A stretch of 64,000 bases of DNA from Basidiobolus meristosporus CBS 931.73 (GCA_002104905.1 MCFE01000380.1:20219-84218), one strand, 5' to 3'; positions 39,396 to 53,087 are shown, counted from the stretch's first letter. Numbers and translations: made by a program. Notes: generated from the letters alone by a model not told the origin.

Positions 39396-40334
39396 ATGGA
39401 TCAACAGGATACTGTCATAGATTTGTCGCCAACTTTGCGGGTTCTAATAGTAGGAGGGAGTGGTACTTTGGGAAGCCAGTTAGTGAGTGAATTGGCAAAA
39501 GTACGGAGCCCGCGCATCCAGATATCCGTATTAGTTAGAGAAAGAGGGAGACTCCCATTTGATGAACAATTTCTGGTCGACAAAAAAATCTCTGTATATG
39601 AAGGCAACCTGGATGACGAGCTAAGCTTGCTCACAGCTTGCGAAAACCAAGATGTTGTTGTATCTACGGTGCAGGGTGACAGAGGGGTCATCGTTAACGG
39701 ACAACAAAATCTCCTGAAAGCTTGCCTAGAAGCCAAAGTCACCAAGTTCATCCCCTCCGATTATTGTCTGGATTATTTCCTATTACCTACAGGGATTAAT
39801 AGAGAGCTTGACTGGAGGAAGGAATTTGCTGGTTGGGCGATCAAGCACAAGAGCGAGCTGGCGGTCGTACATCTCTTGACTGGCATTCTGACCGAGGCGG
39901 TTTTCGGGTTTCTGAAAGTTTGGGATTCCGTTGAGCGAAAATTCCGAATCTTTTCTGATCCCGACACCAGATTTCCCATGACTAGCTTGGATGACATAAC
40001 TCGGTTTATCGTCGAGGCCGTCTTAGAGCCCGAAATAGTGGGTAAACTGCCGGTATGCGGAGAGGATATTTCATTTGCCGAGATAGCCGAGCGGTTCGAG
40101 CTTGTCAATCAGGAGAAGGTTGAAGTTGTTCAGATTGGAGACGTCTCGAATCTTGAGAGTAAGGTACAGGAGATGAACCTACGCGAAGAAAAAGATACCG
40201 AAGAGCTTATACGACTTGAGTATTTATTGCCAATAATGAAGGGAGAGGCTAGGTTTGAGGAGCTGAAGAATTCCGTCTTTACCTCGTTTAAACCCCGTTC
40301 CTTCGAGCAGTGGTTAATGAAACATCGAATTTAG
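39396..40334 (+). CDS. NmrA/isoflavone-reductase-like NAD(P)-binding protein, intronless
   Basis: Rossmann motif VLIVGGSGTLG, VVVSTVQG...GQQNLLKAC...KFIPSDY. Confidence 0.85.
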   Translation: MDQQDTVIDLSPTLRVLIVGGSGTLGSQLVSELAKVRSPRIQISVLVRERGRLPFDEQFLVDKKISVYEGNLDDELSLLTACENQDVVVSTVQGDRGVIVNGQQNLLKACLEAKVTKFIPSDYCLDYFLLPTGINRELDWRKEFAGWAIKHKSELAVVHLLTGILTEAVFGFLKVWDSVERKFRIFSDPDTRFPMTSLDDITRFIVEAVLEPEIVGKLPVCGEDISFAEIAERFELVNQEKVEVVQIGDVSNLESKVQEMNLREEKDTEELIRLEYLLPIMKGEARFEELKNSVFTSFKPRSFEQWLMKHRI

Positions 40335-40637
40335 TCTTAATCTGATATCGATACTGCCCTACGCATTCTAGTAACCAACACTACTAATGTATATAACCAA
40401 GCAAATAAGACAAAGTACAAATATTCCTTTATTCTACGTCAAAGGTCATATTTTGGGATGTTGTGCTCGATGAGGTCGTTTAGACTTTGAGAATACTTTG
40501 AAATTGGTACCTGTGAGCGTTGCTCAATCGAAAATCCATGTATATACAGTTTTCCACATAGGCGCATCTAACCAGGCGGTCGTTCGTTGAAACGCAACTT
40601 GGGCCAGTGCGCATCTAGATGTACGGAGTTCTCGGGG

Positions 40638-43474
40638 TCAATACAGGCTCTTTAGGCGATTGTTCTCCTCACGTAACCGCTTCAGTTCTTCTTCCATCTT
40701 TTGATGTTGACCTACTTGAATCTGAAGCCAATCCTCGCGCATCTCTTCCTGTTGGTTTAGAGCAAATAATTGTAGCAGTGTCAACAATGGTGGTTGGTAA
40801 GCAATTGTTAAACTGTCAAAAGGTCATCTTGCCTGGTGAATAAACATCTGTCGAACCATCTCCAATTGCATCGTCTTTAGCTCTTCTCGTATCGACACTT
40901 GTGCCTCAGTAATATATTCTCGAAGACATTCCTGTACCACCTGTTGAACCACTTGTACTTGCTTATCTGTAAAATGGCTAGTTGCTTCGCCAGATTCTCG
41001 ATGCGACAGATAGCCATTTAGTCGAGAGGAAATTTCTGACGTGTTACGGCCGTGGGGGTTAAGAAATCCACCAGAAATACTGCGTGTGGTAGATAATTTC
41101 CCACTGCTATCCGGCACCTACGAGCATTGTTGTGTTGGAAAAAGATTGTACAATATTGGCGAGTTATCGTAGAGTAGTTTACCTCGTTGAACATCTTCGT
41201 GGGAGAGTACGGGCTTTTAAGGTTGCCAGGGATACTGTTGCCAATACCTCTTGGGGTGCTTAGCGAGCCAACTGGTGTGCTGCACAAAGCGTCAGTGTGC
41301 TGGGAGATGTTCGTTGGTGTTGCAGGGCCACCGGTTGCGGATATACTTCTCAGACGTGGTTCATCATCACTATTCATTAGCTCATTGGCATAGCTACTTC
41401 CAGCTACTATCATTGATTTAGGCCGAGTTCGTTGACGGGAGCCATTACTGCGAGCGGACAAAGGTGTTATGCTGGGCGACCTCAATGATTCTACTGAGCA
41501 ATGAAATGAGCGTCAGTGGTGATATAATAGTAATTTCGAGTTGCTACCGTACCTAGATGCTTGTCACGCGTGGGTGAGTACCCAATCGGACTGTCCATAG
41601 TGAATCTACGTGTCTCGGGTGACAAAGACTCATCTAAGAAGGGGGTTAAATTGCCTGTTGCAAAGTAAGTTAGGCATATTGATCAATCTTTACCTAGTCG
41701 ATACGTAGGCTTCATCTGAAACCTTGATTCATCGATCGTAGAATCTAGATCTTCTGCACCCGGCAAAGAGGGACCCTTTCGGTGGCGAGCTTTGGATATT
41801 GGAGATTAGTGCCATATGCTTGATGTACAAGTTAACAATGGGTGCTCACACTCATGAAGCAAAGACATTGAGGCAAAATCCACACTTGGTGAATCAAATA
41901 AAGGGCTGTCAAGTGGGTTGTTTCTGAGAACGCTGGAGCGCATAGTGTTGCCTGTAATTCTGGCGATACCAGGATTTCTTTTCATGGTTGGTGTTTTGAT
42001 TGAAATCCCAGGCTAGAGCAGTTAGATCAGTATGTGATACGCAGAGTATGTGTTTTCGGTAGTGATTACCTGATATAAGATACATTTGATGCGATCTCCT
42101 TCTATTTGAGTCGTTTTGATGGGCTCCTTGAGGTCTAGTTTATAAGCGAATATGACTCCTACGAGCACAACATCTGAGTATTTTGTTTCGGATCTCTTGT
42201 ATTTGATTGTAGACTCACCCTGATTTGTGCCAACAAGAAAAATAGGGGATTCGGCTGTGCATGCCAAAGTGGTTAGTGGAGCCGGTGCCGTCCAAGTTCG
42301 AACAGACCTACACCAACGAGTAGAATTGCATTCAACGTTAATTCAACCACAGCCACATGGATGCTAATGAAGACATTACCGTTTGCGTTCAACGTCGAAG
42401 ACAAAAATCTTTCTATCTAAGCCAACTGAACATAACATCATATGGTTGAATGGAGAGAATTGGAGGCCAGTGACTGGCGCACGATGAACACCACGTTCGA
42501 TGTGTACTGTTCGTGGAAGTTCCTGAGTGTTCCAAAAATACAAGTGCCCATCATCTCCCGCCGCTACTAAATGATGTCGCTTGGCAGAAAACTCGAGGTG
42601 AACTAGGCGCTATATACATACGAGTCAATTGATATTTATGGGATCCACTCAAGAAACTAGCAAGGAGCTACCTCTGGTGCCTCATGGACAAGTTTTGTTG
42701 ACGTGTTTTTCATCAAATTATGAAGAAAGAGAGCATTATCAGTATCTAATGATGCTAAGAAATTTTCATCCCCATTGATGGATATCTCTGTGATTGAGCC
42801 ATGATGCACTTGCTGCATTCAACAAATGTGTTAGGTGTCAAGCCAAACGAATTGTGAAATTGTGTAGTACCTCGATTTTGTCTACAAATTCATACGAGTT
42901 GCAGTCTAGACAGCGTAGAATACCAGAGCTTCCTCCCATCCAAAGGCGACCAGAACGTGGAGCAAATCGAATCACCTCAACATCCTCTTGCAACTAGATA
43001 CATGCAATGAGATTGCTGGCTGGGTAATCAATCAATATGTTACCATTAGCTTTACCTGCTGTTTATCCCATTGCTCCAATAATACATAGTTATCACCATC
43101 TTGACGGTACAGTGATATGGTATGCTGAACATCTAAAACGGCAAGGATTGAGTCTATGAAGCAACGAAGTTATGGAACTTTTAGAGAAGACAGGGAGGCA
43201 GAAGATACAATGTTCAACTCTTTTCAAAAAAGATACTCTCCGAACTCCAGCATATTGATTTCGCTTCAGCATATAATGGCAACGAGTTTGTCAGGTCCAT
43301 CTCTGATGCCTGATTCCACCAGGAAATATCACTCTTAGAGCCTGTTTCAGGGACCGCAAAACGGTAGGTCGTCAGTGATTTTGAGCTGACAATCAACGAA
43401 CCGCGAGTGTATGAGCTGATGCTTTTTGAGGTGTTCATGCTAGGCGTATTTAAATTTGAATGGAGCCTTGACAT
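40638..43474 (-). CDS. NEDD1: WD40 protein with C-terminal coiled coil, NEDD1/GCP-WD-like, multi-exon
   Basis: N-terminal WD-like exons, Ser/Thr/Pro-rich middle, and tail VVQQVVQECLREY...IREELKTMQLEMVRQMFIHQ/EEM...ELKRLREENNRLKSLY* resembling the NEDD1 gamma-tubulin-binding tail. The 5' boundary is approximate. Confidence 0.65.
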
Positions 43475-44022
43475 CGATATCGCGAAAAGCTGTTTCTATA
43501 AGTGTCTGCTGGTGTTTGTGCTCGAAATGTAAAAAAGTCCTGCTAGAGCAAATGATCGAGGTTGGAATGTGGAGGTCAACTCTTGTCGAGTAAATTCACT
43601 GGCTATTGTGAGTGAGTACGTGTGAAGCTTATTAGAGGGTAACAAAGAAAGGACATGCACGTCACACTAGTTACCTGAGATCGTTCTATGAAGCTGACGG
43701 ATCTTTAAAGTGACACTAGTAATAGGCTTGGGATTAAATCGGCGTGTTTATGTTATCTTGAGCATACAAATTCAACACATTTGTTTTGGTGTTTGTTGGT
43801 TTGTCATTGGATCCACATATGTGGAATCAACTCAATAGGGGGTGAGATGCGAAGTTGATTGCTCAAATATCTTGGTGGATGATTGATAATAGCATATGAG
43901 TACAGTGTAAACGAATGCTCAGATTTATTTGGTCTTCACTGAGGATTTTCAACTTTTGTACAAACCAGTGATCAAAGAATGTTTATTAAGTGCAAAACAT
44001 GCAGTGTACTTCTCTCCAGAAT

Positions 44023-45141
44023 CTACTCTTTTTGAGTTGCCTCGATGTCCATAGAAGATGTGGTTTGCTCTGATTCTGTTGGTGGCTGCTCGTTTTGATC
44101 GTTTGGTGATTTCTGCTCAGCTGGATTTTCCGACGCCGTTGTCTCTGGTTTGTTGCTAGTGGAGTCTGTCTCTTTGTTGCTTGACGTTACCTCGGACGCT
44201 GTCCCATCATCCATCATATGATCTTCGGACTGTGAGAGAGCTTCTTGGTCCATGCGTTCTTCCTCCAAATCTTGCTGTTCTAATTTCTTAAACTCTTCCT
44301 CTACCGCCTTTTTCTGTTCAGAAATGGTATCCATGTGCCGCCCAGATGGTTTGGCTGGTAGGTAATAAAGTGCGGGTTTTGTCTTTGTTGCTAAGAAGCC
44401 GGCAAGTTTGGTCTTTTGATTCTTCAAGCTTTCTCTCTTTGAATGGTGATGGATATTAGTGCGAAGTTTAAGGGTTGGGAGTTGGAGGTTACAAAGTTAC
44501 TTTACCAACTCGCTTTTGCGCTTGCGCTCATCTATTTTCCGTTGAGCCATGATCTTTTCTTTGCGGGATTCTTGTTCGATTTTGACCTTTTCCGCTAGCT
44601 CCTCTTTCTCTTTCTTTAACTTCTCCTGAAGCTTTTGCTCTAGTTTCTCTCTTTTGATTTCCTGTTTGAATGTAAAAGCTTACTTCAGCACACACGTACG
44701 CCAAAGGTGCAGAGTCGGATTTGCAAACTTACCGCTTCGCTTTTATGCTTTGATTGATCTTTGATTTTGTTCAGCGTCCCCAGAAGCATTCCAAACATAC
44801 GTTGTCCTCTACGCTTGACCTCTTTATCCTCTACTAGACGTGGTCTCTTCGCTTCTGGAGAATCTTCAGTATTTGAGGTCTAGAACAAAGCATGGTTCAG
44901 TTACGTGTAATTCTTGAACTGTCGGCCCGCTGCTTTGTGTACGAACCTTGTTTTCCGTTGTATCTTGTTCAGCTGCAGTATCATCACGGTCCGAGCTAGC
45001 GTCACTCAAGCGTCGCTTCAAGGTATTGTCGGCTAGATCGTCAACATTTTTCTCTTTCTCTTCTCTGAGATTAGTGCTAGTTTCATCTTTCGATGGTTCA
45101 TTCGTCTCAATCTGCGCGCTGGATTCACTAGAGTCGAACAT
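44023..45141 (-). CDS. PNN: pinin/SDK/memA-domain protein, multi-exon
   Basis: KRRGQRMFGMLLGTLNKIK, charged coiled coil, and FLATKTKPALYYLP. Confidence 0.8.
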
Positions 45142-45965
45142 TAATGAAAAGTAAATCGAAGTCAGTTACCCATCAACACGGTGAAATGCGCGTTAATTTG
45201 GTGACGAAAAAGGTTTAAATTGCTCGATTCCAAGTAACATGACACACATCAATATGAAATCAACACCATTTCTCCGCATACTAATTCGCTTCTAATCAAA
45301 GAGAAAGATCTACCTTTCTACATTTTGAGTAACTTCATCGCGTCTATCGACCTCCATATTGCAAGGGATTGATATCTTAAATTATAAAGAATGAGATACT
45401 ATATGGAAGGATTAAACTACGTATTTGAAAGGGTACGCGGATACACTAACGTTTGTTCAAGATACTGAGAAAAAAATGAAGATATATGAGTGACGATACT
45501 CCAGGCAAATTCCATACTATTCGAAGTGAATTTATTGAAATATCAATCGGATTTAATTAATAGTGACTAACTTTAAACCACTAGATGCTCGCAAGTTTGT
45601 TTATTATCATTCCGTGAAGCAAGTCCATAGACATCATATCACAATGCATGATCACTTGCTACACTTGGACACTATTCCATACTCAGCTTAAAGGTCATGT
45701 GGGTTATTATCATTCAAGATGTCTGCCCTGTAGAGAATGCGCCTCAAACGAACAGGAGAAATAGATGAATAAATTTTGAAAGATAGAGAAACGAGCCAGT
45801 AAACTAGCTATCAGAAGTAGGTAACAGATGCCGAAAGAATACATCTAGGTTTGAATGTTGATTATGTAGAAACGATGACCACGCAGGAGCGTCAGGAAGT
45901 GATCAAGATGTATGGATGAAAATTCTTTACATTTGTTGATGTGTGTAGTTCACATTGACCAAACA

Positions 45966-48589
45966 TTAGGCGAAGCTTCGATTAGAATCGTTAGGACAAG
46001 TGATGGGCTTGTTTTCATCATACCACCACGTCTTTAAGGTACGATCATCACTACAACTACAGAACAAACTCTGCTTGTCGTTCCATACAGCATTATATAC
46101 GATGCCAGAATGACCACGAAGTTTTTGAAGAACCTCGCCTGTCTTTTGATCCCAGATGTAAACAATACCATCCTGGAGAGAGAAGATGCCTTTAGAAAAG
46201 TGTTCAGAGTATAGGAAGCAGAAGAGAAATACCTCGGAGCCACCAGCTACCAGATTGTTATGGGCGAAGCCTGCGCGAATAAAGTTTTTCGAAGTGTTCT
46301 GATGGCCTTTGAGGCGTTGAATTGGGCGAACCTATTGATCGTGTTAGTTTCTACAGAATGGGTTTGACCTTTGTAGGGCCGCTTACCATTCGGATGTCCC
46401 AGAGTCGGTTGGAGTTGTCTTTAGAACTACTCAGAAGTAGGTTTCCACTGGAATTGATTTCCACTGAAGTAACTTCGCCAAGATGCTGAGTGATTGTACG
46501 AATGCATAGCCCTGACACAACATCCCAAAATTTGATCGTATTGTCCTTGGACCTGATAAAAAGTCAACTGATGCACTGTAGGTGATAGGGAACAGGTATT
46601 GGTGATAACTTACCCACTAATAATCAAGTTGCCCAGTGGATTGAAGATGGTCTTGGAGACTGCCAGTTGATGCCCGGTAAATGTTTTGACTACAGCTCCG
46701 GTGTTTATATCGAACAGGCGGACAACTTTATCATAGCCTCCGGTCACGAAATGATTCTTGACACATAATTAGGGTCGAGGTTAAGGAGGGTGATATACGA
46801 AGATTGAACATACCCCTCCCGGATGGAACTTAACACTGTAAACGTCCCCTTCGTGCCCCGAAAAGGTAGAGAGATACGAGCCAGACCCATGCTTGATATC
46901 CCAGAGCTAAAGAATTTCAAGTGGCTCAGCATTTCCCAACGTGTCATCGTATTGTCGCCATGCTGGGTGTTTACCTTCACTGTTCGGTCTCCTGAAGCAC
47001 TTGCGACCAATGACCCCTTTTTGTTTGAAGAGACGTCCCAGATGCGAGAAGTATGGCCCTCGAGTATACTTGTGCATTTGGTGGTCTCCGTGTTCCAAAT
47101 CCGTAGCGTGTTATCACTAGGGATGTGAAGCGGGTAAATAACTGATTTAGTACGACTGCGCAGAAAGCTATAGGAACCTTGAACCAGAGATCAATGAGCT
47201 TCCCTCCTCGCCGATAAATTCAACACACTTAATGTTGCCCCGGTGGCCAGTGAAAGTCGAGAATACCGCATTCGGAATGATAAAGGAGCTATAGTCCTCT
47301 AACAGCCTATAAAGTAGAATGATCAGCCGACGAAATAGCTTTGGAGTATACGTTGATTCACTATTTACGTATTGACTATGGGCGTTATTCTTGGGTGGTA
47401 TCTGGCAAACTCCATTTGATACGACACAGCCTGTCGCAACAATGTGACCAGCCGATTTGGTGGCACGTAGGTTGAGTTGGCTGCTGAAATGAACGTTAAT
47501 ACATGTGGTCATGCGCCTAACTTTCCGATAGCTCTACCGACAATCTCTATTGAAATTTTCTGAATCGAGTCGATTTTGCAATTGCTCTACAAGCTTCTCT
47601 CTGTGTATAGGTGAGTTAAACAGCAGGTTTCCAAGCTTTAGAACAACTCACCTCGCTGGCCCAATTCCCTCCCAGTTTTTAAATGATGCCGCGTCATGAA
47701 TGGATTTAGCAGTCAGCAGATAGCACAGGTCTTTGAATTCGTTGGGGGTGGTTTGTAGATGCTCAAGTGGCTTCAACCGCTTGGTTAGAAATGTAAATGC
47801 CTGTGGATAACGAATACTCATTAAGTGACCGTGCTCTAATGTCCTGGTTTGCCAATTGCTTCATACTTTCTGCATTTCACGGTGCTCAATATACTCCAGA
47901 TATTGTTGCTTATACACAGCATAAAGAAAGCTCTTCTGATTTTTGACTAGATTCTTCGAGCATAGCTTATCAACCTCAGTCCAATCGCCATCTTTACACA
48001 TACAAATTAGTGTCGGTTGTAACAAAGTTGATGCTCACTGATCATAACTTACCGAGGATCACCTTCTTTAATCGAACAATCTCGGCTTGCTGTTCCATTT
48101 TCTCGTGCCACTTGATGTTTGCTTCGTCACTGACCGTCATTTTGGAGGCATGATACCCTTCGTCATTAAGATATTGAATGATCATCCGGATAATGTCCTA
48201 ATGAAATTTACAGATACATGTAGGTGAACTGCATTTTTACGCCATCCCAAATATCTCTTAAGTACTTGTTTGATGTTAGGGTCGTCAGGATTGAAAATCT
48301 CTTCTGTGGAATCAATTCTTTGCAAGTGAGCTCCAATATAGGTATTCTTCTCAGCAATTTCGGTAATAGAAAGACTGATGAGGGAGAAACACGTTTGTAA
48401 GTAATTTTTCATTTGAACACTAGGTGCGAGTTAGTTGACGTGGTTATCTACGAACTCTTTAAGCTGGTCAACTGTTGACTTCTCGGAAGACGAGATGCCA
48501 CGACTTCCATTTAATCCGCTCGAGCCATAGGGTATAGAGGTTGAAGTGGTAGATAGATTCACTCCAACTGGAGGCGGGGTATGATCCAT
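45966..48589 (-). CDS. LisH-CTLH-WD40 repeat protein, multi-exon, ortholog unassigned
   Basis: MIIQYLNDEGY (LisH), DGDWTEVDKLC...YKQQYLEYIE (CTLH), and WD repeats FTGHRGNIKCVEF, GGSE/DGIVYIWD, LRGHSGIVY...CSDDRTLKTWW. Start uncertain. Confidence 0.75.
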
Positions 48590-48893
48590 GCTGTTGCTCG
48601 ATGTCAGGTAAATTCTTGAAGCACCCAAGCTATATGTATCCCCTCAATTATGAAAGATTGAAAGTCCTGTCTGGGAAAAATGGAATCGTGTGTTAGCCAA
48701 ATAAGAAATCCGCCATGTCAATGCCAGATGAGATTGCCTAACGATTGCATAACCTGACAATAGTTGATTAGAGATTTGATCCCACATCGCTCTGTTCCAT
48801 ATTTGAGTTTATGAAGATTTCATGTCATTCTTTGTTCCCAACGGGAGCATAACTTAGAGCACCTTGTACAATACACCAGACAAACAATTGAAG

Positions 48894-50885
48894 ATGCCGC
48901 TCAATATATGGTACTCTTTATTTATCGAAGAAACTTGATGCCCTCAATATTGGCCTTCGAGCTAATTTCTTCTCTAGTATGGTTTCGGATTTCTTTTATC
49001 CAAATATTGGAGGTGTCGAGTCGCATCTGTTCCATTTATCACAGCAATTACTGCTTCGTGGACATAAGGTTTCCTATTGAATGTCAAATGTGAATGAGCA
49101 CTCAAGTCTTTCTCACGCGGAGATTGTATTGTAGGTGGTCATTGTAACCCATGCGTACGGCGGTCGTACCGGAGTTCGATACTTGACACACGGCCTGAAG
49201 GTATATTATGTCCCCCATATGGTGATCCACAGCCAAGCGACGCTTCCTACTTTGTACGGATTTTTCCCACTTTTCAGAATAATTGTTATCCGCGAAAAAA
49301 TCGACGTTGTTCATGGTCATCAGGTAACGCACCCATCTGATGGATTCCTGAGATTGGGGCTAACCACCAAACATTCATGCATAGGCTTTCTCGTCCCTTT
49401 GCCAAGAAGCGATTTTCCACGCTAGAACCATGGGCTTAAAGGCATGCTTCACCGACCATTCCCTGTTCGGCTTTGCTGATGCCAGTAGCATTCTGACCAA
49501 CAAAATGCTGAAGTTTAACCTATCCGACATTGATCATATAATATGCGTTTCACACACTAGGTAAGCTCCTTGTATTGAGTGTGAAAAATAGATTTGAACT
49601 AAGCACTCACCACGCCATAGTAAAGAGAATACGGTTCTTCGAGCAGCATTGAACCCCAAGAACGTCTCCGTTATCCCCAATGCCGTTGTTGCTGCTCAAT
49701 TCATACCAGATCCAGGAGCGGCAAATCCAAACTACAGTAATGGGCTTACAAGTGATCGTATGCGTTGGTATCCTTGCTAACCTTTAGAAAACAGTTACCA
49801 TTGTGGTGATCAGCCGATTGGTTTATAGAAAAGGAATGGACCTTCTTGTTGCGGTGATTCCAAGAATTTGTGCTGCGCATCCCAAAGTTCGCTTCTTAAT
49901 CGGTAAGTATGAAAGTCTTTTGTGAAAATACCCACTTCTCTAACTCGCCGTGTAGCTGGTGACGGGCCAAAACGTATTGACCTGGAACAAATGCGAGAGA
50001 AGCACCTGCTTCACGATAGAGTAGAGCTATGTGGACCCATCAAGCACTCGGAAGTTAGAAATGTAAGATGACTCTAGCTTTTAGTGATGAGCGGCTTGTA
50101 CTGATCAACGCATATCTAGACGTTAATCCAAGGCAATATATTCATGAACACCAGCTTGACGGAGGCCTTTTGCATTGGTATTGTTGAGGCAGCGTGTTGC
50201 GGGTATTTTGATTATGGACCTTTTCAGCAGTTATCTGAGCTAAGACTAATATCCATTTGCTATAGTTTGTTGGTTGTTAGCACGAAAGTAGGTGGAGTTC
50301 CGGAAGTTTTGCCGCATCACATGATTCACTTCGCTAAGCCTGAGGAAGATGGTAACCATGTATACTGTTATCTGATCCGGAAATACCTTACTTAAGAACG
50401 ATGATGGGTAGATGTTGTTGTGGCAATCACCAAAGCTATCAACACAATCCGTATGAAAGAGGTGGATCCCTCGAAGTTTCACGACGAAGTGAAGGAGATG
50501 TATAGCTGGGCTAATGTTGCAGAGCGAACAGAAAAAGTATACTACTCCATATCTCAAAAACGAGCTCCGCCGCTGATAGAGCGTCTTCGCAGGTATGTAC
50601 TCATAACTGGGTCGAATTTGGAGTGGCGTTGTTTAATATGGCATTTGCGATAGATATTATGGATGTGGCCTGTGGGCTGGGAAATTGTTTTGTATCTTGG
50701 TAGTGATCGACTATCTGGTATTGATGTTCCTCGAGTGGATTCTTCCGCGGCAGGAGATCGAGATAGCTCCTACTTTCCCTTATCGCAAATACCAGAAGGT
50801 AATATGAAGCACGGTAATCCAAGATTTTCATCACTAAAATCTCCTACAGATGTGCCAGATAGCCGATAAAGATGAAGATGCGTAA
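48894..50885 (+). CDS. GPI3: GPI-GlcNAc transferase catalytic subunit (PIG-A/Gpi3), multi-exon
   Basis: [61 protein letters not shown], and [10 protein letters not shown]. Confidence 0.95.
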
Positions 50886-51344
50886 GCAAAACCTTGGTGG
50901 CCTTTTTTATCATGCACCAGCTATGTACAAAACGATATTACTCTTAATAATAAGCTACTTCCACAAGCAATCCTGCAATCGGAATAAACTGCACAACTTG
51001 GATGGAAATCAACTAGTATGCAAAACGACTCTTCATTCAGTCAATCAAGTAGGCAAATACAGTTCTTCATCTTCACTCAGGCATAACCAGTGTTGAGTAG
51101 AAAACGAAATCCAATTGGGGTTTGTATATAAATAGCCATGAAATAAAGCTTAATCTTTCTTACAGAGAACATTCGGCTGTGCCAACAAGACCAATGGATA
51201 TGTGTGGGAGTGTTCGAGCTTTCTAGAGCACACCATATTTGGGAATCTCTCTGTTTTCCTTACCCTTCTCATTCTTACGCAGGTTAGTCGAGAGTTCCTT
51301 TATATAAACTGGCCGAAATCTGTGAAAAGTATCCCTTGAACATC

Positions 51345-51840
51345 ATGAACCTTCGATTGATTATTTTATTAGTAGTTGGGCTATTGGGACTATCACTAGT
51401 ACAAGGTATATTTATACGATTGCTCACATTACTAGGACACCCAACTGACTCGACTCATATTTTAAGCTCAGGCACCAAGTAGCACTAATTCTAGCAAAGA
51501 CAATAGCTCCACAGCCACTAGTGAAAACAAATCCTCTCAGACTCCAACCAGTACTGAAAGTAATAGTTCTGGGTCTTCTTCTACCACCGAAAGTAATAGC
51601 TCCGGGTCTTCGACCACCAGCGGGACAAGTGAAAGCTCCTCGTCTCAAACCTCGGATACCAGCAGCAGCCCAAGCTCCACCATATCACTCACATCAATGC
51701 CACCCTACCCTACACCCACTGCTCCAGCAACTGCATATTTCCCTGATGTATACCGAAAGCCAAGTTCAGGAAACTCCATCCAAGCATGGAGTCTGACTAG
51801 CTTTGCCGCGATTGCTGGTGTTGCTCTTTGCTTAAACTAA
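51345..51840 (+). CDS. small secreted Ser/Thr-rich, probably GPI-anchored protein (one intron, absent from the ORF track)
   Basis: MNLRLIILLVVGLLGLSLVQ signal peptide, phase-1 intron, an S/T-rich body with a repeated TESNSSGSS motif, and hydrophobic end SGNSIQAWSLTSFAAIAGVALCLN*. Confidence 0.8.
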
Positions 51841-52420
51841 TCTCGAAATTTGAAATAAATGATGTAAATTTACCGCAATTCTAAGCAAAACATCAGAATG
51901 GAGCCGATCGGATCTGGACTGGCCTTTCAAGTGTTCTTTGGAAGACCAAACCAATGGGTATCATGAGGTTGCGGATGAGATTGAATGAGATGCAATCCTA
52001 AAATGGTATGATCTTGAAGTCTTCCCACCGTTTAACCGTATTTGGAAGGTTACATCAGCGTTCCCAACGTAAAGAATTTCCGCCGTGTAATTCCGCAACT
52101 ATACTTCCGCATATTAGAACAACTCGTGGAGCTTCTGGAGTTGACTCATTCCTGTTTAGCCTGCGGGAATTCGAATTACGCGATCCTACGGCATCGGATC
52201 AGTAGAGTCCTGTTAGTCCGTGGGTCTGTATCACATTCATTGCCATTTTAGAACTCTCTCTTTTGGATCCTTTAAATGGAAAAAATATCAGACTCGTACT
52301 TGCAATAGTATAAATATCGGAGAAATTTAATGGGGAATTAATCATAATCTCCATCGCTTTAAACGATTCATCGAAACGAAAAATACTACTTTTCTGTTAA
52401 CTTTACTGTAATCTTTCACA

Positions 52421-53087
52421 ATGAAGTACGGTTACGTGGAAGGTATGTCGTTTGAAGGTATTGGTTCTGAGCCGTTGTACTCAATCTTTACTTTCTTTAG
52501 ACGTCGCTTCTTCTTACTTTACTAAAACCTTAACTCCACCGTTCCTGTCGAAGATTGGATTATCTTGTCATCACCCGCAATTCGCCTTTTTGGGTTACAA
52601 AAAATCCATATTAAACTGGATGCGCAAAAACAGCCACCTAAAAGTCGAACTCAATGACAACACACAACCTGGAATCCGCAATATAACCTTTGAAATAACC
52701 AACCTCTACAATATACCTTTTTCGCCCTACCGGTGTAATATTCGCGCTACGAAACTCAGTGATTATCAAGAGCCTAGTAAAGAAAATCCTGCGCCAGAGA
52801 ACACGCGTATCCTCATAGTTCGCTCTGGCAAGTCTCTTGGTGACATTCTGTTATTGCTACGAATCTGCTGGGCGCGTAGTTCACGGACCCGATACATATG
52901 TACCGGCGATGAACTCGAACTTGATTTACTGGCCAGGCATTTAACTTCCAATCAAGAGCCAAGTGTGCCCATCACACTTCCACTGGAGCCTAGTCCATCC
53001 TACCACAGTATCGAAAGGCCACTCTCATGCGAGCTACCGTCCTATTATTCTAGTGGCACGGACCGACGAATTACTTCGGTGGTTTGA
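52421..53087 (+). CDS. hypothetical protein (2 exons)
   Basis: ATG AAG TAC GGT TAC GTG GAA G|gtatgt...ttag|AC joins in frame to the long ORF ending at 53087. No recognisable domain. Confidence 0.4.

Noticed and set aside
48894-51840. PIG-A adjacent to a predicted GPI-anchored protein, as a possible functional cluster
   Set aside because: A single adjacency of a housekeeping enzyme and a common protein class is expected by chance.
51960-52400. Coding-like frame (YLEGYISVPNVKNF...) upstream of the hypothetical gene, vaguely arrestin-like
   Set aside because: No ATG or consistent splice path, and stops occur in all frames.
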